In this document: piece after piece, positions 51,911 to 64,000 of the stretch | Layout of the letters: every line of letters begins with the position of its first letter | Numbering within the stretch: position 1 is the stretch's first letter | Origin: Octopus sinensis | Taxonomy: Eukaryota | Direction: 5' to 3' | DNA length: 64,000 nucleotides | NCBI RefSeq assembly: GCF_006345805.1 | Contig: NC_042998.1 | Coordinates: 190,030,001 to 190,094,000 of the forward strand | Notes under the pieces: model-generated | What the model saw: only the letters and a program-made list of their open reading frames with translations | The model's database searches: none | What the model was told of the DNA's origin: nothing | Translations under genes and position numbers: made by a program

Positions 51911-52169
51911 TTATATATATATATATATATTATATATATATACTACATGAAAAACATGAGGTTTTAGAACAAGAAATCAACCAGTTGACATGCACAATGC
52001 AAATACGCTATGTAAGCGGAACAGTAAAAATATGCAAGAAATGCACATAGCTTTTATGCGCGACAAAGAATGGGCTTGCGATGGATGAAGGAATTAGAGG
52101 TAATGCAGATGAGAGATCATATTGCTGGGAGTAGAAGTCCTAACTTGCAACATGACCCGTTATTCTCCA

Positions 52170-53640
52170 AGTTTTTGTATCTCCATCTGGCTATAAAATG
52201 GTAGTGGATAGGTAGTTAAAGGATAGAGAAGTTCAAATGAAGCTTCACGGCAGATTGTTAGAAGTGCAAACGACGGTCGAAAACTTGAACATTGAACATG
52301 GGGTCATGCACAGTGATAATGTTGGAGATATTGGAACAAATATTGCGTAGGGTGAGCTGGCAGGTGGCGGTTCCTAGTTGGGTTTGGCAAGAGACGAAAG
52401 AACTTTTGAGCAGACGGTTCCTTTTTATTTTTTTACGTCATACGCTTGAAGAAAAGGGATGTTGAAATGACAGCGTCGAACAGTAGAAGATGGAAGTTGT
52501 GGATGATCGGGTAATGAAACTGTCGTGTATCATAGTGAAAGGTAAAGGGGAAGAGAAAGGAGGAAGCAGTTGTCGGGCGGCGGGGTGTACGGAAGAAGAG
52601 TGGTGGCAAGTTTAAAAGTCTGGACTTGGTGGTGTGCAACGTCCACGGCGGGCTGGGAATATCGTCGATCCTCGAAACATTGCTCCTACTGCAAAAACAA
52701 TTAAAGTGAGAGTTTTTGCCGTTGGAGCAACGTGGATGGTGCAAGTGTGTTGGGAAGAAGTTGAGAGTCAGTTGATTTATATATATATTTCTTTACTACC
52801 CACAAGGAGCTAAACATAGAGGGGACAAACAAGGACAGACAAAGGGATTAAGTCGATTACATCGACTCCAGTGCAAAACAGGTACTTTAATTATCGACCC
52901 CGAAAGGATGAAAGGCAAAGTCGACCTCGGCAGAATTTTAACTCAGAACGTAACGACAGACGAAATACCTATTTCTTTACAACTCACAAGGGGCTAAACA
53001 CAGAGGGGACAAACAAGGACAGACAAACGGATTAAGTCGTAACTGGTACTTAATTTATCGACCTCGAAATGATGAAAGGCAAAGTCGACCTCGGCGGAAT
53101 TTTAACTCAGAACGTAACGACAGACGAAATACCTATTTCTTTACAACTCACAAGGGGCTAAACACAGAGGGGACAAACAATGACAGACAAACGGATTAAG
53201 TCGTAACTGGTACTTAATTTATCGACCTCGAAATGATGAAAGGCAAAGTCGACCTCGGCGGAATTTGAACTCAGAACGTAACGACAGACGAAATACAGCT
53301 AAGCATTTCGCCCGGCGCGCTAACGTTTCTGCCGGCTCGCCGCCTTCTCAGTTGATTTATATATAAGGATGTGGATAGGTAGGAGTGTTGATTAATCACA
53401 GATATCACCGAAATTCTTGAAGGCAATCGAGGTGCTGCAAATGGATTCTAGTGCGCTGTAGAAAGTGTTAACAAAAAAGATGAAGGATGTGTGTTAGTCT
53501 CTGATTGAGTGAGGAGACACCATTAATGTCGTGGATATAACTACTGTATAGCACAGGGATGAGGCCAGAGTACGGGGCGAAAATTTGGACCTAATTGGGA
53601 TAATTCATACACGTCTTGGTGCCTATGGTCGCTCCGGTGA
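52170..53640 (-). pseudogene. Older, heavily decayed Penelope-like element (RT to linker) interrupted by a SINE-B trimer
   Basis: Minus-strand remnants: GATIGTKTCMNYPN (cf. GTAMGT..GPNYAN), YIHDING (cf. YIDD), YKSTDS spanning the TSD, PFTFHY..IIHNFHLL, and GTATCQLTLRNICSNISN. Confidence 0.65.
52786..53347 (-). mobile_element. SINE-B trimer with an 18-bp TSD
   Basis: TSD tcagttgatttatatata at 52768-52785 and 53348-53365; the junctions read gaaatacc|tatttc. Confidence 0.9.
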
Positions 53641-54862
53641 GCTGATTATTGTATATCTCCCCAGAAGATAAACAGTCAATGTGAAAATGGGTTAAACGAC
53701 GTGGTCGTAAGCTAGAAGAGGTTATCATGAGAAAGAGAGAGAGAAAAAGTCATACGTACAGACAGATTGCCGAATAGACAGAATCAGAGAGAAATAGGCA
53801 GAGCTGCTTGTGTGAGAACACACATTTGTAAACTAACAGCCCCGTGATCTTTGGTTCAGCCCTACGATACGACTATTGTTTAATTTCAATACTCGTAGTA
53901 TGTGCCTTAAATGACATTATAAATTAATTAACACCATAGTTAATTAACATCATAAATTAAACATTTGACAACGTAATCTAATGGATTATTTGCTGCGAAA
54001 TTATTTTCCTGTTTTTGTCCCCAAAACTAGCATGTTAAAAGTATGTTAAATATAGTGCGGTAGATATTGATTCTTGCTATGAGATTCTGGTTTTTAGCAT
54101 AATTAAAAATTAAAATTTTCAGCGTGTTATAGCCTGGTACTTTGAAAATATTCCTTGGATAAATACATTAAAATGGTTATTAAGATCAAATACTGAATAT
54201 ATTATAGAGAAATTTAAACCAAAATTATAACGTATTTTTCGTATGTTCTTGTTAAAATCATTGCTTTAAAGGATGGATGTAGTCAATTAAAATTGTCTTA
54301 GTGTTCAGCAAGTATATACCTCCCCCTGAGGGATGATAAGGCAACACTATTTCAGCTGGATTTAAGCTCTGAGCATAACAGTAACTTAACTAAATACCAC
54401 ACTTTGATCTTAAACCAAAGATCAAGAAGTGATACTAAAACAGATCATTACAAATTCTTCCATCCATATTTTTAACTGTAGTATGCGGATTCCCTTTATA
54501 ACCTAATAAAATCTCCACAAACCTCATATTTAATATATGCATGGATTATGGAGCAATAATTTCATTAGATTTTCGGACTTGGAGAGAAAGAAAAAGAGAG
54601 GAGGAAAGAGGGAAAGAGATAAGGTAAAAGAGAGAAAGAGAGGAAGAGAGAGAAAGTGAGAGAGAGGAGAGAAAGAGAGAAGGAGAGAAAGAAGGAGGGG
54701 AGAGGGGAGAGAGAATGGAGATGAGGAGCTCCAGTAAACCAAACTATGATATACATTTTAACATGGGATACGAAGACTGAAATTCATATATAAAATCAAC
54801 TTTATGTTGTAGCCAATCCCTAATTTTTAGTTCGTTATTTCTGTTGGAAACACCAAATCACT

Positions 54863-55358
54863 GATGTGTTGATACCAATATGTATTTCTTTACTACCCAC
54901 AAGGGGCTAAATACAGAGGGGACAAACAAGGACATACAAACGGATTAAGTCGATGACATCGACCCCAGTGTGTAACTGGTACTTAATTTATCGACCCCGA
55001 AAGGATGAAAGGCAAGGTCGACCTCCTTTCGGGGTCGATAAATTAAGTACCAGTGGCCAAGTGTCTTCTATTATATATTTCTTTATTGCCCACCGGGGCT
55101 AAACATAGAGGGGGAAAACAGGGACAGACAAACGGATTAAGTCGATGACATCGACCCCAGTGCGTAACTGGTACTTAATTTATCGACCCCGAGAGGATGA
55201 AAGGCAAGGTCGACCTCCTTTCGGGGTCGATAAATTAAGTACCAGTTACACACTGGGGTCGATGTAATCGACTTAATCCGTTTGTCTGTCCTTATTTGTC
55301 CTCTCTGTGTTTAGCCCCTTGTGGGTAGTAAAAAAATACATATTGGTATCAACACATC
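54863..55358. mobile_element. Fold-back (palindromic) SINE-B rearrangement including inverted flanking DNA
   Basis: gatgtgttgataccaatatgtattt.tttactacccac at the left is mirrored at the right end. The centre aaagga-tgaaaggcaaggtcgacc-tccttt occurs twice. Confidence 0.85.
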
Positions 55359-55552
55359 GGTTGATATCAATATGATACATGAAAGCAAATTTAATCGTCA
55401 AAATGGTTCTCTCTACATTTTACAAAGAAATAAGCAGTTAAAGAAATTAGTTGTAGAATATTTTCTACTTCTACATTTTATTCGTCAATTGATAATAAAA
55501 AAAAAAAAAAGGTGGCTCGAAATGACTAGAATAGCATTTACAAAAATTAATA

Positions 55553-55712
55553 AGGAGTGGCTGTGTGGTAAGTAGCTTGCTAACCAACCACATGGTTCCG
55601 GGTTCAGTCCCACTGCGTGGCATCTTGGGCAAGTGTCTTCTGCTATAGCCCCGGGCCAACCAATGCCTTGTGAGGGGATTTGGTAGACGGAAACTGAAAG
55701 AAGCCTGTCGTA

Positions 55713-55788
<76 letters not shown>

Positions 55789-56001
55789 TGTGTCTGTGTT
55801 TGTCCCCCTATCATTGCTTGACAACCGATGCTGGTGTGTTTACGTCCCCGTCACTTAGCGGTTCGGCAAAAGAGAACGATAGAATAAGTACTGGGCTTAC
55901 AAAGAATAAGTCCTGGGGTCGATTTGTTCGACTAAAGGCGGTGCTCCAGCATGGCCGCAGTCAAATGACTGAAACAAGTAAAAGAGTAAAAGAGTAAGAG
56001 T
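55553..56001 (+). mobile_element. SINE-A, full length
   Basis: High similarity to the 17201 copy. Confidence 0.93.
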
Positions 56002-56761
56002 AATGATTGAAGCATTTCATCATTCTACTTTAGCTTTTTGGTTTAAACGTGAATAAAATATTCACATACAACTGCGCAATTGAAATATTTCCTTGTGTCA
56101 TTCATTAACATTACATATGTAGCCTTGATTGCTTTGAATACGCTTCATTTCAATTTGAGGCTAGGACAGTAGCAACGGGCTCTCTATTTGTTAATGGCCC
56201 ACATCCTGCTAAGAAAGGCATCGTGGCGGCAGCAGTGGAAGTGATGGATTCACTTAATGTGAGTAAGGGGTGCCAAAGGCGGCATCAGTCAGCGGAGGAT
56301 ATTTGCGGTGAGTATTCATGACGTGGAAAGAAACGGTGGATTGAGTAAACAGATTTATCTGTTATCACGTCCCATGAAAGCTAGACGTTTTAAAAACACA
56401 GCAGATGGACGCCGTGGAAGTGGGTGACAATAGAGAGTGTTTTGAAGAAAGAAGGAAGTTTGTGGTAAGAGAAATGGGAGAGCTGGAAAGGGGAGAGTAA
56501 AAAAAGGGGGGAAATGAAGTAAAAGTGAAAGTAAAAAAAAAAAAAATTAGTTTGAAGTAATATGTGACAAGGAAATAAATTTCAGGAAGGTAGATAAAAA
56601 TAAATACGACAAGACTTGGTTTTAAAGTGCAAGTCCTAGACGGAGCAATCGTAACGATACATAAGAATGTTTCTGTCATATCAGTAAAGACGACGACAAA
56701 ATATTTTTAGTCGTAAATTCTAAAAAAATGATTTAGATATATGATATCATGCATATATACA

Positions 56762-56797
<36 letters not shown>

Positions 56798-56848
56798 TTA
56801 TATATAATTATATATATATATAATATTATATATATATATATAATATAT

Positions 56849-56896
<48 letters not shown>

Positions 56897-56965
56897 TAAA
56901 TATATATATATATATAAATATATATATATATAAATATATATATATATAATATATAAATATATATA

Positions 56966-57008
<43 letters not shown>

Positions 57009-57019
57009 ATATATATATA

Positions 57020-57180
57020 CCTCGGAAGGAAACACAGATGCGGGGGCAGCGGCATATCGAACGCCCTTGTTGATTGAGTGCCACGTATCAGAGGTGGTTT
57101 CACATACTAGTGTAGCTCATTCAACGGTGGTGCCCCAGCATGGCCGCAGCCTTCGGGCTGAAACATTTTTAGGATTATAT
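57020..57180 (+). mobile_element. Extreme 3' end of a CR1-type LINE inserted in (TA)n
   Basis: cagatgcgggggcagcggcatatcgaacgcccttgtt parallels QMRAAASNSL of the 5010 LINE, then the tail ggtgccccagcatggccgcagccttcgggctgaaac. Confidence 0.65.
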
Positions 57181-57477
57181 ATATATATATATAATATATG
57201 CGTGTATGTGCAAGCACACACGCACACAAATATGCATATACACGCACGCTCACACGCATGTGTAAATATGTAAGTATGGATATGTATTTATACGTATGTG
57301 GATATATATATATATTCCGCCTTTTCCTACAACATGCAGATTGGAAACCATTTCCATCGAAGTATAAAACGGAATAAAGTTTTTATATCCTGTATTTACA
57401 ACTGATTTCTTTTGAACTGTTGATTTCCTTGTCAAATGATTAGGTTCACTGAATCATGTGTGTTTGTGTCTGTGTGT

Positions 57478-57509
<32 letters not shown>

Positions 57510-58088
57510 AAGAAAGTGAAGGAGAGAGAGAAAGAAAGAGAGAGAGAGAAAGAAAGAAAGAGAGAGAAAGAAAGAAGAGAGAGAGAGAGAGAGAGAAAGA
57601 AAGAAAGAGAGAGAGAAAGTGAAGGAGAGAGAAAGAAAGAGAGAGAGAGAGAGAAAGAAAGAAAGAGAGAGAGAAAGTGAAGGAGAGAGAAAGAAAGAGA
57701 GAGAGAGAGAAAGAAAGAAAGAGAAGAGAGAAAGTGAAGAGAGAGAGAAAGAAAGAGGAGAGAAGAGAAATGGAAGGAGAGAGAGAAAAGAGGAGAGAGA
57801 GAAAGGAAGGGAAGAGAGAAAGATTGAAAGAAGAGAGAAAGTGAGGAGAGAGAAAGAAAGAGAGAGAGAGAAGAAGAGAGAGGAGAGAGAAGAGAAGAAA
57901 AAGAGAAAGGAGAGAGAAGAAAGAAGAGAGAGAGAGAAGAAGAAGAGAGAAGAAGAGAGAGAGAAAGTAAATGAGAGAGAGAAAGAAAAAGAAAGAGAGA
58001 AAGTGAAGGAGAGAGAGAAAGCGAAGGAGAAAGAGAAAGAGAGAGAGAGAGAGAGAAAGAAAGAAAGAGAGAGAGAGAGAGAAAAGAA

Positions 58089-58126
<38 letters not shown>

Positions 58127-58196
58127 TAAGAAAGAAAGAGAGAGAGAAAGTGAAGGAGAGTAAGAAAGATTTAGAAAGAGAGGAAAAGAGAGAGTA
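57478..58196. repeat. ~720-bp almost pure polypurine (GA/GAAA) tract
   Basis: Directly visible; the KERERE ORF is an artefact. Confidence 0.93.
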
Positions 58197-58619
58197 TCTG
58201 TGTGTGTTTCAGCGAACCTGTAATTTACAGAGATACGCTAATACGCGCGCGCTCACATAGTTAAACGCACACGCACAAATACACACACACACACACACAC
58301 ACTCACATAGGGGCGTGCCACGGTTTACACAGACTTAGCTAAAAATTATTAGATACATAATGAGCGAGTAAATAATAATCAGAGTACTAATTCAAGTACT
58401 GAAGAGTCTGCTACATTAAAATGTTTTCGTTTAATTCTTAACAGTAACGACTACGATAAAGTACCAAAACGATTCGACGCACTTTGGTAGGGCTTTCGCG
58501 ACGCAGGCACATGCATATACACAGAAAAATACACACACACACACACACTCATGTGCATACATGTGTATCTCTCTCCCGCTCCCTCTGTCTCTCTCTCTGT
58601 CTCTCTTGTTTGCTTGTCT

Positions 58620-58620
58620 C

Positions 58621-58694
<74 letters not shown>

Positions 58695-58730
58695 TACATA
58701 TACTATATACATATATACATACATATATAT

Positions 58731-58789
<59 letters not shown>

Positions 58790-58812
58790 TATATACATAT
58801 ACATACATATAT

Positions 58813-58862
<50 letters not shown>

Positions 58863-58885
58863 CATATACATATCTACATATATAT

Positions 58886-58917
<32 letters not shown>

Positions 58918-58990
58918 CTATATATATATACATATATACATATATACATACATATATATATACATACATACATATATATCTATACATATA

Positions 58991-59089
<99 letters not shown>

Positions 59090-59200
59090 TACAACACACA
59101 CACATACTGGTCTGCACTATTGCTTAAAAACAGTACGTACAAGGCGCGCTCATACACACATGCATACGCACACACGCATACACACATACACACACGCACA
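58620..59200. repeat. (TC)n, (TA)n and (CA)n microsatellites
   Basis: Directly visible. Confidence 0.95.
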
Positions 59201-59444
59201 TATACATATATAGAGGCATACAACCACACACGTGCTTGCGAGCATTCACATATAACCCACATTTTAAATGTACTGAGTTCTTCATTGAAATGTATTAATC
59301 GTTCGATAAAGAATATCAGGTAATATATATCATGTATGTGTGAGTGATTGAGTGAGTGTGTGAGTGAGTGTGTATGTGTGTTTGTGTATGTGCACACGCG
59401 TCTGTATGTGCATGTGTGTATGTGTGTGTGCGTGTGTGCTTGCG

Positions 59445-59630
59445 TGTATGTGCGCGCGTGCTTGCGTGTATGTGCGCGCGTGTGTATGTGCGCGCGTGTG
59501 TATGTGCGCGCGTGTGTATGTGCGCGCGTGTGTATGTGCGCGCGTGTGTATGTGCGCGCGTGTGTATGTGCGCGCGTGTGTATGTGCGCGCGTGTGTATG
59601 TGCGCGCGTGTGTATGTGCGCGCGTGTGTC
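59445..59630. repeat. 16-bp minisatellite (TGTGTATGTGCGCGCG) repeated ~11 times
   Basis: Directly visible; strictly alternating purine-pyrimidine. Confidence 0.92.
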
Positions 59631-60548
59631 TGTGCGTGCGTGTGTGCGTGTGTGCTTACCCGTCACTCGCAAGCAAGTACTGTAACGTGTGCTACACTTT
59701 TACTAACTGATTTCGGTGCCTATGAAGTCGTGAACAGACACTGACACCCTGTGGAGACCACCCACCCTTGACTCAGCGGGGCACCGGGTAAACGACAGCT
59801 GGATAGAATGAATGAAAGAGCTGCATTAGTACTACGCTACAGAACATTTACAGGTGGAAATTGGCTGAAAACCCAATCCTTCTCTCTTTTTTTTTTAAAT
59901 TTATTTTTACATTGCAGATAATCCTTAAATATCCAAAATTTTCTACTTTCTATCTTTCACTCTCTTGGATGCTGAGACATGAGTTTTGTAGTCAGAGTAG
60001 GGAATGAGATGCCAAATAGGCTAATTTGTTTATTGTGATCAATTAAGGAAGAAATATAATTCTTACAGCTTAATGGCTCATACGAATATTTTACAAAATG
60101 CTTGAGATCATAGGGCGTTAGATGGCAGGATCAGTTGAGCGTCAGATCAAATGGTGAGTTCAAATTTTGCCTGAGTCTCTTCGTCGCTGTTTCTCTATAT
60201 TTGGTAAAGTAGGTCCTCAAGTACCGCAGTCAATACAAGCAACAAAAACTCTTGAAAGCATATATAATATGACCAGAATTCCGTGATTGACGTTAGTAAA
60301 AGATTAAAAGTATATTTTGCAATAATACGTTGGTAATTGAACCGGGCGTATAGACTGTATTTTCATTTTGTCGTTCAAATGAAACTGAATTTAACATATT
60401 TTTTATGTCCCGCAGTTCCAAGGATGATTAATAGAGTATACATAATAGTATAGAGTAAGTTCATTACACTGTAAGAAATTGAAACGTGCATGTATTTTTC
60501 AATTGAACGAAATGCTTAGACAGAAATTTATATACCTATATTTATATA

Positions 60549-60957
60549 GGCGCAGGAATGGCTGTGTGGTAAGTAGTTTGCTTACCAACCTCATGGTTCC
60601 GGGTTCATTCCCACTGCGTGACATCTTGGGCAAGTGTCTTCTACTATAGCCTCGGGCCGACCAAAGCCTTGTGAGTGGATTTGGTAGACGGAAACTGAAA
60701 GAAGCCCGTCGTATATATGTGTATATATATATGTATGTGTGTGAGTTTATGTGTTTGTGTTTGTCCCCGCAACATCGCTTGACAACCGATGGTGGTGTGT
60801 TTACGTCCCCGTTACTTAGCGGTTCGGCAAAAGAGACCGATAGAACAAGTACTGGGCTTACAAAGTATAAGTTTTGGGGTCGATGTGCTCGACTAAAGGC
60901 GGTGCTCCAGCATGGCCGCAGTCAAATGACTGAAACAAGTAAAAGAGTAAAAGAGTA
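60549..60957 (+). mobile_element. SINE-A, full length
   Basis: High similarity to the 17201 copy. Confidence 0.93.
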
Positions 60958-62671
60958 TACCTAATAAATAAAAAGGGTGCTAGTACACTACCTATAATTT
61001 TAATAAGATTCACGCTGAAAATATTTGTCTGGAAAGTTAACCAAGTAAAAAAGAAACTATAAAAGGAAAAGTAATTTCATAAGTCTAGACATGTTAATTA
61101 AAAAACAGAAATAAAATACGTTTACTGTGAGTACAGAGTAACTGAAGTGCTTTGTCCGAAAAAGAAGGCTGCACTTCAATAATACAAAAATAATTCGGTA
61201 TAAATTACGAAGTAACTTTTCCTTATTTAAAAAGTTTATTTTAAATCACAGAATTGAAGCTTTCCAGATAGATCGAGTAAAAAAGAAACAACAAAATGGA
61301 AATGGAAAATATAGAAGACCTTCTTACTGGCAACAGATTCTAGAGCTAGTACAAGACCAAAATCCAACATAAGATCGCTACGTATAAACTGTGTAAGTCA
61401 TATCACAAAAGGAAACAGAAAGCGCTCTTTACGTAGTGTGTTTAGAAAGAATAGGCCATATTGTCTGTATGTCCAGTTGAACTTAATCAGAAGACATCAA
61501 CCGAGACGACATGGTTGGGAGATTTGTACAATAGAAACTATTAACGCTGCCAAATTGTCACTAATTCTAGTATAGCTCTAACCAGCTGAAACAGCGATAT
61601 AAAATGACAAAGCTATTATACTCTGAGTCGTATCAGTTGGTGCAAACAATAAAAACAAGTGCAAACTGTTTGGGAAAATCACTAAAGCTAACAATGCCAA
61701 AAACATTAACATTTCAATCCCAACGGACCAAAACACGTTCTTTTAAGAGGTAGTCTAACTCCCCAAGCACGATGATTTGCGAATAGAATTATACATAAAT
61801 TTGACAGTTGTAAAAGTATTAAAAGTTTGGGTGTTTATACCAATTGGAAAAATATGTAACAATGTGCTTGGTCAAGATATTCAGTCTGACTTTATACAGA
61901 ATATATTTTTCCATTGAGAAAAGAAAACATAGTAGAGAGCAATATTTGTCTTTCAGTTTCACAATATACTTCAAAGAAAGAAGGCAGCATGAATGAAAGA
62001 TATTGATTAACTTGAAAATATTGAAGGGCAGAAATGTTTCTTAAGAACTATCTTCATTATCCGTAAAACAGTTTAATTATTATAAAATGAGTCATGTTGT
62101 GAAAATTACGGATATCACCCTTTCTTCCTTGTTTATTCTGAAGTATGCGTTTATGATAGTAACTAGTTATTTCATTTTTCTCTGTCACTCTAGAAAATAG
62201 GAGCAATGGCTATCTTACTTGAGTGGGAATTATATTTTATCTGGTTTCCCTGATATATAAAATCTTACGTTGTATAAAAACACATACGTGTACAAACAGG
62301 AAAATTACCTAGTATGATGTATCAAAGTAGAAATACGAAAAAAAATGGATTTATTTGATAATGATTAGCTATATGCTAAATTCAAACAAACCCGCTTTCT
62401 GCTGTGATCCTTGTTTATAATACCGGAGTCCAAATTGGCAACGATAATAGAGAGAAAGGTTTATAGAGTAATGAATATCCTTTGATGACTTGCAGGGATT
62501 TTATTTGAAATTACTCAACTATAGCGTTCCCTAGAATGAAATTATGGATCTGGAAATTAATTACACATTGTAATCATTTCAACTTTTGATTATAATCATT
62601 TACAATTAATTATGAAATCATTAAATATCATTAAAGGGGAAGGAAAGAATGATATATGCATATACATGCAA

Positions 62672-62744
<73 letters not shown>

Positions 62745-62779
62745 TAATAATAATAATATAATAATAATAATAATGATAA

Positions 62780-62830
<51 letters not shown>

Positions 62831-64000
62831 GTGTGTGCTTGTGTGTGTGTGCAAGAGAGAGAGAGAGAGAGAGTCATAGGAATAAAATAGCAACTTCAGA
62901 GAGAATATTTTAACAAGAACGAGAGAGGACACATTCACCTTCATATAATATAGAAAGAGATATTTTGAAGAAAATAAAATTATTAGATGGATATCTGAGA
63001 AATTTTTCAGATCAATTTTAGCAGGAAAATAAGAGAGAGGTATAATAAGATTACGTTAAGTAGAAAGTAGAAAACATTCCGATTAAACTGCCAAAGGATA
63101 TCATTCTAAAAAAATAATATTGACAACAGTTAACTGAGCAAACTAGCGAAAGGAACAGTTTAAGTCTATTTGCGAACTGACGAATCAACCATCTGCACTG
63201 GCCAGTGACCAGAGAGAGACAGAGACAGAGACAGAGAGAAAGTGAGTGAGAGAGGGGGAGGGAGAGACAGACAGACAGAGACAGAGAAAACTGTATTTGA
63301 TAAGGAGAACCCCGAAGATGTCTATCAAAAGAGACAGAGGAGCAAATAAGACAGAAATCTCTAAGAGGGTGAGAAAATGCAAACAACGAGGAGTGGAAAG
63401 TGATGTGAAAAGAGTGAGGAGAGGAATTGCCAAAAGAACTAAGGTAAATAGAATGAATGAAAACACAGACACACGCACATATGCAAGACACACGCATACA
63501 CAAACACAAACACACACACACACACACGGTGCCCCCCGCCCCCTCTCACTCTATCATAAGCATGCCAAGAACAAAATGAAATGGGAGAGGACTGTAAAAT
63601 AAATGGAAATTGACTCAGAGCAATAGAATTGGAAAAGTGATATTTGGGAGAGTATCTGCTGGATGCGTGCACCACGAACAGTTTTTAGGATTTATAAAAG
63701 ATACGAACATGACCTAATCAAAAACTATAGCTTTACAAGAACTTTGCACAACTGACACGTGCCGAGGTTTAGGTTACTGTAAAACATCAGCCAGGATTTC
63801 GATGTCGCAATAGAGAAGATAAACTGCTAAGTACTCATCTACCGCTACTGGAGGGATATATCTTTGCTTTTGCCGTCTTTGTCTCTGTATTCATTCACTG
63901 ACAGAATTCTTTTCATCTGTGAAAACTACAATGCCTTTATTTGTGAAGAAACACTCTAACCGCCGACCACTTCTAAAATATAAAAGACTAATAAACTCAG

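Noticed and set aside
57619-58260. 213-aa KERERE coiled-coil-like ORF
   Set aside because: A purine-only tract cannot encode stops, so the ORF is compositional.
1108-63675. The many IYIY, CVCV, HTHT, poly-D/M/E/K/W ORFs in the track
   Set aside because: They are translations of microsatellites, open on both strands, with no splice or domain support.

Overview
This is AT-rich, microsatellite-saturated eukaryotic DNA. I found no protein-coding gene I can confidently identify; nearly all ORFs in the track are simple-repeat artefacts. The SINE families and repeat density suggest an octopus or other cephalopod genome (inference). Recognisable content includes many tRNA-derived SINEs from at least four families, two CR1-type LINE 3' ends, two decayed Penelope-like elements (PLEs; RT thumb plus GIY-YIG), an internally deleted R4/Dong-like element, two non-autonomous Helitrons, two MITE-like elements, and a 100-N gap with duplicated flanks. 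The strongest unexplained signal is about ten minimal type I hammerhead-ribozyme (HHR) motifs from at least five short repeat families. They usually sit beside (TA)n tracts, most have palindromic stem III sequences, and several families show divergent 5' inversions. The best example is a 362-bp tandem and inverted repeat at 21.6-22.4 kb. It carries an apparently intact HHR whose core C3-G8 pair is replaced by U3-A8, making it a candidate retrozyme or PLE-mobilised RNA element. Other notable items are a tRNA-headed element with an HHR tail, SINE dimers and trimers inserted with a single target-site duplication (TSD), and a covarying 3' stem-loop shared by a LINE and SINEs. All structures were read by eye; no folding or database search was run.
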